Virus record (IMG/VR): IMGVR_UViG_3300031994_000022
Source: a virus
Lineage: Duplodnaviria > Caudoviricetes
DNA length: 64,000 nucleotides
Strand: one strand, 5' to 3'
Numbering within the stretch: the stretch's first letter is position 1; each line of letters begins with the position of its first letter. Shown piece after piece: positions 26,359 through 36,534 of the stretch. The position numbers and the translations under genes are program-made. Below the pieces are notes generated by a model. That model saw only the letters and a list, made by a program, of their open reading frames with translations, searched no databases and had not been told where the DNA came from.

Positions 26359-28980
26359 TTAATCCAATTTTTCGCTTACTGGTACAGTTTTAAAGCATTT
26401 TTTAAAGGTTTTCGGGTTTAAATCATACAATATTTTAAGAAGTATTGGTCTGTTTTTACTAAGTTTTGTGTTAATAATATCTGATTGTCTCTTTACCCCA
26501 GGTGTTATCATAAACGCTCGATTAATCAACCAAGACATTAATCCAATGTATTTACTTGAAAGATTGAGTCTTCTGATATCTTCTATCATCTTGTCGTAAT
26601 CCATACGGAGCAATAACCAATCTTCATAGTCTGTATCAGAATTTTTTATAGTTGAATAATATTTTAAGGAATACTTTTCTATTAGCTCCTCTACTTGTTT
26701 GCATTTTTTCTTATAAGGTTTATCTTCATGATTAACAAAGAAATCTTGTATTGGTATAGATGGACAAGCATATCTCATTCTACCAACCTTTAGTTTGCCT
26801 ACTTCGTTCATTGGGCAAATGATATTTGGATTAATCTTACTTCTGACTTCCGGTTTTATTAACCCAAAGAAAGATGGGTAGCCAAACTCTTTAATATTAA
26901 GCTCGTTACGTATTCTTTGGATTTCCCCATGAATATCCACGTTGAAAGTTTTCTTGGCATTATCTATTGAACACTGCGCTAGTACAGCCAAGATATCAAC
27001 ATACTTTTCAAAATCCTTCCCAAATTCATTATATGTATAACTAAGTCCTACTTGCGCTACATTTGATGATTCTCCAATATCTAATTGGGTTGAAGCTATC
27101 TTGTTGTCTACTATTGCAAAGTTTTTAATATCTCGACCGTATATGTTTTTCTCCATAGGTATATTGTTATCTACGGTAGGATAGTGAGCATAACAATACT
27201 TAGCGTGCTCCACAATATTTTTCTCGTTGGTCACATATACCTGATCTGAGTCCTGGTCGCTACCATTTTCTCTAGCTTGGAAATCCGTACCAATAAGATT
27301 AACGCAGATTATCAACTTCCCTAAATTAAAATATCTATCAAAATATTCATGGTGGTGATTATGAAGATACCCCAAGTTTGCATCTGAATTGTATGGACTA
27401 CGAAATGCGGCAAGATACTCTCCGTCATCGAACCTAGCAGTCCAACATTGTATTGTCCCATCCTCATGGTCTAGTGTGGGATCCTCTAATGGATTTTCAC
27501 CAACTGAATGCATTAACATTCCATAAGGATTACCAACAATAACTAGATTATCTGCATTTTGAATTATATGCCCACTTTTTAAATCTTTTAAATAAGCACT
27601 GATAATCTTAGTACGTCTTTCTCTAAAATAGTCGCAGTTGACAAAATCAGGATTCTGCTTACATAATTCATACAATACTTCGAAATCATTTGAAAAATTC
27701 TTCCACCTTTGGAGATAATCAAAAAAAACATTGTCATCATTCTTTAACTGCTCAATGTATTCAATACTATCAGAAAGCACCTCACCCATAGTATTTATAT
27801 TAAGAGAATTAACCATCTGATAACTCATACGCTGTTTATTTCCGTGCTTACTTTTATGGGCAGTCTTAACTATACCGAACCAACAGCCATTCTCACGAAC
27901 CCTGTCTGACCAATATTCATAGGACACATCAAACTTAAGCCACTTTGTAGCCTGGTCTGTAGTGATCAATTGAATATCTTTAGCTAAATGCTCATTACCC
28001 CACATGTCTATAACAGTGGCGGTCTCATAGTCTTCGCCAAAATAATCCCGAAAGTATTTCTGTATCTTAGTACAGAACGCCGCAGCCTTAAAGAAATGAT
28101 GTCTGAGTAACACATATCCATTTCCCCATTCGGGAAATATAGATTCATCTATCAAAGCTTGTCCGTCAAATATGGTATTCTTTACCTCATAATTATCACG
28201 AGGTATTCCTTGACAATGCCCATTTTCGTCAAGCTCAATACTTAATACTTTTGTTTTGAAAAAAGAGTCCACGTCTTTAAGTATAAGAATATTCTCCGGT
28301 TTTATTTGAACCTTACCTTCAATAGAACTTGCAATAAGAGAGGAGTATGCTCCAATCTCTACTATTGGAGCATTTTTCTTCGGCAGTTTTAATCCCATCC
28401 AAAGAAAGTCGTGAGCTTTCTTCCACAAAGAGGATTTAATAAAGAGAACGGATCCCTTCTTGGCTTTTCCTGTGCTACGATAGAGCATCTTGTAATGTAC
28501 GACCTCGTAGTCGTATTGTTTTGTTTTTTTATTGTACTTCGGATATTTAATATCAACCCCATTAACATAGTGATCGATACGTATATCATCCGCAGATATC
28601 TTTTCGTATTTGTCTTTATTCTCTTCAATAATCTGAATTCGTTTTGCTAAATTATGTTTTCTATCTTCAGCTTCTTGTATTTTATGTTTGATTCCGCGAG
28701 ATTTCGCCACCTTACGTTCTATACGATTTTCTTTTATTTGTTTCCGCACACGTTTTATAGCTTCTTCGTATGAACAGCTTCCATACTTATAATCAATACA
28801 AATAATATCTCTGGTGGATTCTTCTTTCCAAAGCTTAAGCCCATTCTCCATCAAAAAATCTTTAAATAGACTATTGGTTAACATAGCCGGGGTAGTATCA
28901 TATTTAAATCTTACCCCTTGATTTACTTCGCATATAGAACCTGCTGTGTAATTAAATATTTTTATTCCATACTCCGACAT
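26359..28980 (-). CDS. YonO-like single-subunit (two-barrel) RNA polymerase
   Basis: DGQ motif, FRSP motif, catalytic loop NGSDQDSD (DxDxD), SIDNAK; position upstream of late genes. Confidence 0.85.
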   Translation of the reverse strand: MSEYGIKIFNYTAGSICEVNQGVRFKYDTTPAMLTNSLFKDFLMENGLKLWKEESTRDIICIDYKYGSCSYEEAIKRVRKQIKENRIERKVAKSRGIKHKIQEAEDRKHNLAKRIQIIEENKDKYEKISADDIRIDHYVNGVDIKYPKYNKKTKQYDYEVVHYKMLYRSTGKAKKGSVLFIKSSLWKKAHDFLWMGLKLPKKNAPIVEIGAYSSLIASSIEGKVQIKPENILILKDVDSFFKTKVLSIELDENGHCQGIPRDNYEVKNTIFDGQALIDESIFPEWGNGYVLLRHHFFKAAAFCTKIQKYFRDYFGEDYETATVIDMWGNEHLAKDIQLITTDQATKWLKFDVSYEYWSDRVRENGCWFGIVKTAHKSKHGNKQRMSYQMVNSLNINTMGEVLSDSIEYIEQLKNDDNVFFDYLQRWKNFSNDFEVLYELCKQNPDFVNCDYFRERRTKIISAYLKDLKSGHIIQNADNLVIVGNPYGMLMHSVGENPLEDPTLDHEDGTIQCWTARFDDGEYLAAFRSPYNSDANLGYLHNHHHEYFDRYFNLGKLIICVNLIGTDFQARENGSDQDSDQVYVTNEKNIVEHAKYCYAHYPTVDNNIPMEKNIYGRDIKNFAIVDNKIASTQLDIGESSNVAQVGLSYTYNEFGKDFEKYVDILAVLAQCSIDNAKKTFNVDIHGEIQRIRNELNIKEFGYPSFFGLIKPEVRSKINPNIICPMNEVGKLKVGRMRYACPSIPIQDFFVNHEDKPYKKKCKQVEELIEKYSLKYYSTIKNSDTDYEDWLLLRMDYDKMIEDIRRLNLSSKYIGLMSWLINRAFMITPGVKRQSDIINTKLSKNRPILLKILYDLNPKTFKKCFKTVPVSEKLD

Positions 28981-29304
28981 TTAATTCTCTCCCTTGCGTG
29001 TCAGTAAATTATATAAGTCTTCTGCTGTACTAAACGGTATTGGATTACCCTCCGCATCTGTTACATCTCCCAAGTGTGTATTTCTGCCGTAATCACGTTC
29101 ATAGCAAAAATAGCTAATCCATCCATCTGCGTCGCACATTACTTCTTCCAATACAGTGATAAGAGCGTCGCTGCAATCAGGGTACTGCATAATACCCATA
29201 TCTGCGAATGGGGCAGTAGTGTGCAAGAGATCCAATACGCCCCGTTGAAAATCATCAACGGCTTGCAATGAGCGAATAGCCTTGGTGAACAAATCTTTGG
29301 TCAT
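28981..29304 (-). CDS. hypothetical protein
   Basis: coupled to the RNAP gene; WISYFCYERDYG. Confidence 0.75.
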   Translation of the reverse strand: MTKDLFTKAIRSLQAVDDFQRGVLDLLHTTAPFADMGIMQYPDCSDALITVLEEVMCDADGWISYFCYERDYGRNTHLGDVTDAEGNPIPFSTAEDLYNLLTRKGEN

Positions 29305-30192
29305 TTAAATTCCTCCTTTTACCTTGAAGTATCCTATAGTTTCCTGAAGATCATTAATATTATTACCGCCGTAGTATACTCGCGGATTAACTAAATACAT
29401 TCTTACGGACTTTTTGTCAGTAACCATAAGAATAGCTTTTTCACCTCCAACGGTTATTTCAAATAGTTCGTTTAATGTTCTATTACCATTTCTATTACTT
29501 ATATCTAATATTTCTTCCATTTGACCTGTATTAGGTAGTGATAATTTACTAATATCTTTTTCTTTTGTATTAAAGCAAATAATATTATGCCAAATATTAA
29601 TATAGGGTAGTAGTAATATAAATTTTCCTAATAATTTATGTTCTCTGGAATCATTTGATCTTTCATAAAGGTCTTGAATACTGTTATTAAATATACGGGT
29701 ACATTGTTGTTTATATCTTTTATCTTTAATAATATCTCCTCTATAACAGTACTCAGTATTGATTAATAAATATCCATCTTTGTCGGCGTATATTAATTCT
29801 TTTTCAAATAATACCTTTTTAATCTTAGTCATCGTATTTCTGCTGACATTAAAAATATCTATTAAGAAATCAACTTTTATTTTTTTTCCTTTGTATATTA
29901 TGTATCCTGTATCATATTCCATAAATGTACAAAGATATATAAACCGAAAAGCAGTAGCAGTATCATTATTGATCTTATCTAACAAAGCCTGATACCTTGT
30001 ATGAATAAAATTACCATATTCTTCCTGTAATAAAGTCGGTAACGGAAGAATATTATTATTATAATAACCTAATCCTTTTATTTGTCTTCTATGTGATTCT
30101 TCTTTTTTCTGCATTTCTTCTGAAGATGTAAAATCTCCAGCTCCTAATTTCTCTCCGGTATCAAAATCAACCAAGTTTCTATAATAGCCCAT
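29305..30192 (-). CDS. putative winged-HTH replication/DNA-binding protein (RepL-like, duplicated domain)
   Basis: two HTH-like halves ending LINTEYCYRG and LVNPRVYYGG; RBS before ATG 30192. Confidence 0.45.
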   Translation of the reverse strand: MGYYRNLVDFDTGEKLGAGDFTSSEEMQKKEESHRRQIKGLGYYNNNILPLPTLLQEEYGNFIHTRYQALLDKINNDTATAFRFIYLCTFMEYDTGYIIYKGKKIKVDFLIDIFNVSRNTMTKIKKVLFEKELIYADKDGYLLINTEYCYRGDIIKDKRYKQQCTRIFNNSIQDLYERSNDSREHKLLGKFILLLPYINIWHNIICFNTKEKDISKLSLPNTGQMEEILDISNRNGNRTLNELFEITVGGEKAILMVTDKKSVRMYLVNPRVYYGGNNINDLQETIGYFKVKGGI

Positions 30193-30230
30193 AAATAATC
30201 TCCTCTCTGTCAAGTAAAAATACTTTACAA

Positions 30231-30299
30231 ATGTTCGTCATTCTGTGTGCATGTTCGTCATTCTGTGTGCATTTAGACCCAAATCTTCGTCATTCTGTG
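30231..30299. repeat. iteron/operator-like direct repeats
   Basis: ATGTTCGTCATTCTGTGTGC x2 in tandem plus a third TTCGTCATTCTGTG. Confidence 0.85.
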
Positions 30300-30407
30300 A
30301 CACGCCTTTTACCGATTTACCTATGTTTTTTGGGGGTGGTGCCTATATATGTATATGTCCAGCTTTAATTTCAGCCCTAACAAGCCCACAAACAATAACT
30401 CAACTAT

Positions 30408-30436
30408 ATATTAACACATAATACCTATAATGTCAA
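30408..30436 (-). promoter_or_regulatory. sigma-A-like promoter for the Rep-like/RNAP operon
   Basis: TTGACA-N17-TAATAT. Confidence 0.55.
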
Positions 30437-30474
30437 ACAAAAAAAAGGGATAGATACTTCTACCCCCCTTGGTA

Positions 30475-30681
30475 TTACGCAGCTTCAAAGTATACCTCTA
30501 TATCATTATCTCGGTATATAATGATATCCTGACCAATAACACAATGATCTTTATCTAAAAACATTTCCGTATTCCCCGATATTATATTATAACTATCTTC
30601 TAATTCTACGACTTCGTCTATATCTAATACCTCGTAGCAAGTAAACCCCGGTATTGTAATACTAACAATACATCTATCCAT
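30475..30681 (-). CDS. hypothetical protein
   Basis: downstream of repressor, followed by a terminator-like hairpin. Confidence 0.6.
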   Translation of the reverse strand: MDRCIVSITIPGFTCYEVLDIDEVVELEDSYNIISGNTEMFLDKDHCVIGQDIIIYRDNDIEVYFEAA

Positions 30682-30682
30682 A

Positions 30683-31285
30683 CTAATTAACCACCTTTCC
30701 TAATACTTTAAATTCATTTACATCTGATAAATGTATAGGGTAATATTTTTTATTTTCAGATATAAGCATATTTTTCCCCAATTTTTTACAATAACACTGT
30801 CCATCTACGTAGAAGATTCCGACATCTCCAATATTTAATTCCAACGTCTTCTGCACCCATACCAGATCATTGTCCTTGTATAACGGTTCCATACTGTCGC
30901 CATTTATATAAACCCCATAATCTGCTGTGATTGGTACTGAAAGAGGAACTGTCATCATTTCATATGTACTATCATCAACGTATTCTCCTACACCGGCAGA
31001 TACTCCCATTGTATACACCGGTAATTCACGGAACATTCTCGCATACATCACAAGACGATTTAAAGCAGTGTCTTGATCTAGGAATTCCTTATTGATATCT
31101 GGTATATGCAGAACCTCACATATTGTTAAGAACTGATATGCATTAGGTATGGTGAGATTCTTTTCCCAGGATGATATTCCTTTATTAGTAATAGGATACC
31201 CTTTAGCGGTTATCAACTCTGCGAGTGCGGTTTGTGATAGATTACGTTCTTTACGTAGTTGCTGCAGTTTATTACCCAAATCCAT
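30683..31285 (-). CDS. CI/LexA-like repressor (XRE HTH + S24 autopeptidase)
   Basis: LRKERNLSQTALAE...ISSWE; SAG cleavage site, GDSMEP, CKKL. Confidence 0.9.
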   Translation of the reverse strand: MDLGNKLQQLRKERNLSQTALAELITAKGYPITNKGISSWEKNLTIPNAYQFLTICEVLHIPDINKEFLDQDTALNRLVMYARMFRELPVYTMGVSAGVGEYVDDSTYEMMTVPLSVPITADYGVYINGDSMEPLYKDNDLVWVQKTLELNIGDVGIFYVDGQCYCKKLGKNMLISENKKYYPIHLSDVNEFKVLGKVVN

Positions 31286-31462
31286 TTTTTCACCTCCGAG
31301 TACAATTATATACCTTATATCCGATAATTGTAAAGAGATAAATTGTATTTTATTATGCGAAAAATCCTTGAACTAAAGATTTTTGTGTTGATAAGTTGTT
31401 GACAAAATCTTGATATAGGGGATAAACAGTAGACAATTAGTATGATATAATAGATTCAGGAG

Positions 31463-31645
31463 GTGTTGATAATGAAAAATAAAATATGTCCAAGTTGTGG
31501 TCAATTATTATTGTTATTAAAATATCGTATAGGGGTAGGAACTTATAAATGTGATAAATGCAATATTTTTTATTTTAACGGTGATCAGAAGAAAAAAATA
31601 ATCATAAAAAATGGAATTATTTTTTATAATTTAAATAGGGAATAA
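31463..31645 (+). CDS. small Cys-rich hypothetical protein
   Basis: AGGAGG RBS; CPSC...CDKC. Confidence 0.5.
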   Translation: MLIMKNKICPSCGQLLLLLKYRIGVGTYKCDKCNIFYFNGDQKKKIIIKNGIIFYNLNRE

Positions 31646-32549
31646 TTACGATTTCATATGCGACTTATAAAAAATATAAAAAATATAGATAAGACCTTGT
31701 TATTGGGTCTTATTTTTATTGCTGATTTTTCATGGAAGTGTGTGGATAAATCTGCAAGCCTGGTTTAGCCTGCTGCTGACCGGGTTTTTGTGAAAAATAC
31801 CCCTATAAGTACCTAAAATAGTTATTTTACGTATTTTTAAAAATCGCATAAAAGTGTGAGATAATATAATTGAGCAAAGCAAAAAATGCTTATCGCACTT
31901 TGAAAATTCTATAACAACTGACGAAATCGCTCCCATAGTGTCAATCAAGAGGTTGTAGCACCGCAAGGTGTAGCACCTAAAAAGGGCTTGGGTAACGACC
32001 AAGGGCAAGCTTGAAAGACTCACAAAAACAAGGGCTGAGCAACTAATCAATTACAAGCCAAGTTTGAGTAAGACTTGAGAAAAGGGCAAAATGTGAGATG
32101 CGGAGAGTTTAAGAAAGTACTCAAAGTATTATAGATTTATATTGAAACAAGGTAGTGAGAATCTAGCTATATCTACACTTTAGGAGTTAACAAAAAACCC
32201 CTTTGATAAGTAAAGGCTATTATGACTCTATGTAGTCATTTCACAACTATGTTTGTGTTATAGCTGTAGACGAAAACAAGATGGTTGAGAGTCCATCAAT
32301 AAAGATATAGGAGTAAATATTATGTCATACATAATAATAAGAGTTGTTATGTATCTTTTCGCATTTACGATACTTTACGAATTGATACATAACAACCATC
32401 ACAACAACTAATTACTCCCCACTCTATGGTGACAGCATAGAGTGGGTCTTTATTTAAAAATACACTATGTATTGATTAAAGTCAATAAAAAAGTTTGTTG
32501 ATTTTAATAAATATATAGTCGACGGACTTTAAACGAATGGAGGTATTCT

Positions 32550-33191
32550 ATGTATAATTATCTTAAGAATGGCGTAACTGTTAACAATGGTATTATGGCA
32601 ATAGTTGAAGAGTTCAACACAATTGCTCGTGAATTAGCCACAAAGTCTATTGAAGCTAACACAACAAAAAAGGCACTCGAAAAGGCACTTGATGAGGCTA
32701 TCGAGGCTAAGGACGCTGAGAAAACTGAAGAGGCTAAAAAGGCACTTGATGCACACGTTAAAGCTTGGAAGGCTGAGAGCGGAGAGTATAATATAAAGCT
32801 TTATGGTGGCAAAGTTGACGACAAAAAAACAGTAGGCATAGTTGATGGTATAGTTACTAATGAAATGTATAAAGCTTATGTTGAGTATATGAAAGGTGAA
32901 GCTGAGGACGGTAAAGAGGGATACAAAGCTGAGATTAAAAAGTTTATGTGTAAAGTATTCAATGAATATACGACTAAAGATGACATCAAAGCTTCTGTAT
33001 TCAACCATTTCTATACAGACATAGCAACAATGTCTAAAAAGAATAGTAATAAGAATATAGCTGAGGGTTGTGCTTATGTATCAGTAGTTAGCAAGCGTAC
33101 TTATAAATATATGATTTGTGGGGCACTCGCTGATATAGTAGCTAACAACCACACACTTAAGGTTGCAAGACCTAAGAAGAATGGTAAGTAG
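32550..33191 (+). CDS. hypothetical early protein
   Basis: GGAGG RBS; strong codon bias. Confidence 0.8.
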   Translation: MYNYLKNGVTVNNGIMAIVEEFNTIARELATKSIEANTTKKALEKALDEAIEAKDAEKTEEAKKALDAHVKAWKAESGEYNIKLYGGKVDDKKTVGIVDGIVTNEMYKAYVEYMKGEAEDGKEGYKAEIKKFMCKVFNEYTTKDDIKASVFNHFYTDIATMSKKNSNKNIAEGCAYVSVVSKRTYKYMICGALADIVANNHTLKVARPKKNGK

Positions 33192-33205
33192 GTTCAAAAT
33201 ATGGT

Positions 33206-33266
33206 AACTACGTTGGTACGAGGGGTTGTTAAAACCCCTTTTTAGGTTCGATTCCTATTGTAGTTC
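33206..33266 (+). ncRNA. D-armless tRNA-like element / terminator
   Basis: AACTACG/TGTAGTT stem, AGGGGTT/AACCCCT hairpin, TAGG-TTCGATT-CCTA T-arm. Confidence 0.45.
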
Positions 33267-33394
33267 TTGTGTGCTCGATGGTGGGTTTTCCGGAGATTAT
33301 CTGTTGTCGAGTCAACTCGTTAACTCGTCACAAGTGGGCGTGACTTGTGACAATGTGACCACGACATTTTCGTGAGTAGATTGTGAGGTGTGAT

Positions 33395-33496
33395 ATGGTA
33401 ACAGTAAACAATGGTATCATCAAAGTTGATGGTGAAGTGGTTGGCACTCTCCACGAGTACGTGGAGAATGTACGCAAGAATAATGAGGAGGTATAG
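33395..33496 (+). CDS. 33 aa peptide
   Basis: GAGGTG RBS + ATG; MVTVNNGIIKVDGEVVG... Confidence 0.5.
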   Translation: MVTVNNGIIKVDGEVVGTLHEYVENVRKNNEEV

Positions 33497-33500
33497 GATT

Positions 33501-33719
33501 ATGGATTATGTAGTAAAGATGGACGGCGAAAAAGTCCGCAGTTTTAGTAATTGGGACTACGACAAGGTGTGCGAATGGGCAAAGTTACATTGTAGAGGTA
33601 GGGTAAATATTGTCCGCTTGAAGGATTGTGATGGACTACCTAAGGCTTCAAAAATGCGTTTCGCTCCAAAACTCGAAATGCCTGATTTACGATATAAACC
33701 TTTTGTATCATTGACTTAA
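33501..33719 (+). CDS. hypothetical protein
   Basis: GGAGG RBS + ATG. Confidence 0.7.
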   Translation: MDYVVKMDGEKVRSFSNWDYDKVCEWAKLHCRGRVNIVRLKDCDGLPKASKMRFAPKLEMPDLRYKPFVSLT

Positions 33720-33737
33720 AAAGGATAAAATTAAATA

Positions 33738-33767
33738 TTGACAAGTGAAATTCTTTATGATTATATA
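33738..33767 (+). promoter_or_regulatory. sigma-A-like promoter
   Basis: TTGACA followed at ~17 nt by TGATTATATA. Confidence 0.5.
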
Positions 33768-33836
33768 AAGCGTAGAACGAGAAAACGTCCTACGCTTTGC
33801 TATAACCATAAGGAAAAAAGAAAAGGAGGACGCACT

Positions 33837-34022
33837 ATGGCATACGTTATAATTATGGAAAATCCTCGCCATATAGACGGTGAGGAAAGGATAGACATCA
33901 AGGGAACTGTATCCCTTGAAAAGTACACAGATTCCAGGATACTGCGAATCTACCGCAAGGCAAAGCGTATCTATAAATTATACGCAGATAATCACTGCAC
34001 CATATTGAAAGGAGAAAATTAA
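33837..34022 (+). CDS. hypothetical protein
   Basis: AGGAGG RBS + ATG. Confidence 0.7.
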   Translation: MAYVIIMENPRHIDGEERIDIKGTVSLEKYTDSRILRIYRKAKRIYKLYADNHCTILKGEN

Positions 34023-34023
34023 T

Positions 34024-34194
34024 ATGTATAGATACTATAGGGAAAACGGAACTTGGAGTAGTCTTGTAAACAAGGCGTATCTTGAGGATTATTACCGCAA
34101 GAACTGTGCGGACTACGGAAGCGAATTTGAAGATTGGTTGGCAGATATGCTACGTTGCGACTTAATACGCCATATCACAACAGAAAGGAAATAG
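34024..34194 (+). CDS. hypothetical protein (56 aa)
   Basis: AGGAG RBS + ATG. Confidence 0.6.
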   Translation: MYRYYRENGTWSSLVNKAYLEDYYRKNCADYGSEFEDWLADMLRCDLIRHITTERK

Positions 34195-34333
34195 GGAAAT
34201 GAAGAAATACGATTGGTACACGGTCAAGCTTGTAAGCGAAATCATACTATGGGTAATTATTGGTATAACAGTATACATATCCACAAGGGAAATCTTAATG
34301 TGGATATTTTAACAAGAAAGGAGAAAATTAACT

Positions 34334-34564
34334 ATGAAGATTTACGAGTTAGCAAAGAAGGTTGCGAACTTTGTATGGGATTTTGACCCATACAATGCAA
34401 GAGATATTTATGACAGTTTCGGTGAAGCAATAAGCGAAACATATATAGGATTATGTAATAAAGCAGACCGCAAGGGAATTATAGAATACCTTGAATCTAT
34501 TATAAGCGAGAACTACGAAGTATCCTACGCAAGGGAATTGATAAGGGAGGTAACTGCGTTATGA
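34334..34564 (+). CDS. hypothetical protein
   Basis: RBS + ATG, packed operon. Confidence 0.75.
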   Translation: MKIYELAKKVANFVWDFDPYNARDIYDSFGEAISETYIGLCNKADRKGIIEYLESIISENYEVSYARELIREVTAL

Positions 34565-35352
34565 GTAAAGATTGGATTTTTGATAAGTGGACAATAAGAG
34601 ATATTGAATCCGTAACAGAAGAGTGGTGCAAGGATATTGGTTTTGATGTAAGGGAAATCAAGGGACATAACGTATATCTTGTAGACTTCGGCGGATATTT
34701 CAAGAGAAGTTTATTAGTGTTCCGCAACGGAAAGCATATTTATTATGCTAACGATTATGAACTGCATCATCCAACAAAGGCAGAGTGTACCGATGAAGAG
34801 ATCTATGATTATATGCTGAAGAATATGGAACGGAAACTGTTTGCAGATGATGAGTACAGCGAAATTACAGACTACGACGATTATGACCGCAAGGCATATT
34901 ATCTTCATAACTACTATGTAATGCAGACAGAAAGGGAAAGTATATTCGCTATAAATCCAACTGATGAAGAGAAACGAAGTTTCAAAGAGAAGACAAAAGA
35001 TTGGACATATGACCCTGTCGGATTCTGTTATATACCTGATGCCGGTTTTGTGGCAAGGCATATTGAGTTAATGAATCAGCTTAACAAGGCAAAGGAACGT
35101 AAAGCAGATGACTTTGAATATTACAAAGACGCCTTCAAAAGAGAGATGTACAATCACGAATATAGTATCAACTGGGAGGCTGACCACGATACATTATCAG
35201 CTTTTGGAAATATTGGATGGCATGGAGATAATCTAGGTGCTTACTTCAAGGAACTTGGATTTACGGAAACGCAAAAGAAGGCGTATAGGGCTGCAAGAGC
35301 AGAGTATTACAAAGAAGTTAACTATGATTATGAATTAGATTGTGTAGTGTAA
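34561..35352 (+). CDS. hypothetical protein
   Basis: 263 aa, EMYNHEY motif. Confidence 0.8.
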   Translation: MSKDWIFDKWTIRDIESVTEEWCKDIGFDVREIKGHNVYLVDFGGYFKRSLLVFRNGKHIYYANDYELHHPTKAECTDEEIYDYMLKNMERKLFADDEYSEITDYDDYDRKAYYLHNYYVMQTERESIFAINPTDEEKRSFKEKTKDWTYDPVGFCYIPDAGFVARHIELMNQLNKAKERKADDFEYYKDAFKREMYNHEYSINWEADHDTLSAFGNIGWHGDNLGAYFKELGFTETQKKAYRAARAEYYKEVNYDYELDCVV

Positions 35353-35372
35353 GAGAAAGGGAGAAGGGAACT

Positions 35373-35561
35373 ATGATTATAGATATGTGGTACGGAAATA
35401 AGGTAGAAGAGTGTGATGGTATAGACGTATTCTTCTATCCGAATGGTTGTATATACCGAGGAAATATATATCTCAAAGGGAAACCTATTGGAGATTTTAG
35501 CACTACAGACAGTATAGAAATAGAGAAAACATTTAAAGGTAAATTTAGTTGGGAGGGTTAG
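35373..35561 (+). CDS. hypothetical protein
   Basis: RBS + ATG. Confidence 0.7.
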   Translation: MIIDMWYGNKVEECDGIDVFFYPNGCIYRGNIYLKGKPIGDFSTTDSIEIEKTFKGKFSWEG

Positions 35562-35564
35562 ATA

Positions 35565-35810
35565 ATGAAAGAGGATATTAAAAGAATCAAGGGAATCATT
35601 GTTGAAGATGATGGTGAGGAAATTTATTACAGAATAACAGGAGATACCGACAAGTTAAAACAGATAAGACAAATGTTAGATATTGCAGAATACAATGATG
35701 ATACGGAAATAGCTTGTCCTATGTTTGGATTTATGCCGGCTAAGGAAACCATAAGTATGATTGTTGTAGCGAATTATATAGATAATAAGGGATATATGGC
35801 GATAGCATAG
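35565..35810 (+). CDS. hypothetical protein
   Basis: RBS + ATG; GC-rich hairpin downstream. Confidence 0.7.
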   Translation: MKEDIKRIKGIIVEDDGEEIYYRITGDTDKLKQIRQMLDIAEYNDDTEIACPMFGFMPAKETISMIVVANYIDNKGYMAIA

Positions 35811-35900
35811 TTTGTGCCTCCATATAAGGGTGGCAAGGCAAATCAAGTCTTGCCACCCTGAATGTGGGTATAAACGGAAAATAAATAGGAGGTAGATAAA

Positions 35901-36137
35901 ATGTTTAATACAAAAGCAGTTTTACTATATTGCGAACGTTATGGAATATATGAATTATATTCCGAAAAGGGAAACGTAATCACATACTATTCCTACTACG
36001 GAAATGAGGGATTTATAAGAGTAACTAAGAATGTAAAGACTGGAAGAGAAGTGCGGAAACCTTTGAGATATAAAAAGATACCAAAGTTTTTGTTAACAGA
36101 AGATGGATGTACAAAGTACAACTACTTTACGGGTTAG
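35901..36137 (+). CDS. hypothetical protein
   Basis: RBS + ATG. Confidence 0.7.
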   Translation: MFNTKAVLLYCERYGIYELYSEKGNVITYYSYYGNEGFIRVTKNVKTGREVRKPLRYKKIPKFLLTEDGCTKYNYFTG

Positions 36138-36300
36138 GAGGTAAGGCAAATGTGGATAGTGTATTGGCACTCTGACACTTGGCAGTGTGGTTTTGAAGTA
36201 CCAACGGAAAAGGAAGCTGTTGAGTACTGTAAGGAAAACGAAGGATATAGGTATGTATGGGTAGGAAGATAAACACGACTGAAAGGAGTAGGTAAGCGAA

Positions 36301-36534
36301 ATGATAGAGATTAACAGAACTTGTCCAATGTGCGGTGCTATGAAGAGCATTAAGGTAAGCGAAGATGTATTACCTGCCATAATGAGATATGACAACGGTA
36401 TTGGTTATATCCAAGATATACCACTATCGGCAAGCGAAAGGGAGTTTATAAAAACCGGATATTGTATGGAGTGTCAAGAGATACTGTTTGCAAATCCATG
36501 GGATGATGAAGAGGAGGATGAGGATTATGAATAA
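36301..36534 (+). CDS. small Zn-binding protein
   Basis: CPMC...CMEC. Confidence 0.75.
   Translation: MIEINRTCPMCGAMKSIKVSEDVLPAIMRYDNGIGYIQDIPLSASEREFIKTGYCMECQEILFANPWDDEEEDEDYE

Noticed and set aside
31730-32050. 106 aa minus-strand ORF
   Set aside because: No RBS, atypical composition, lies in the divergent non-coding region
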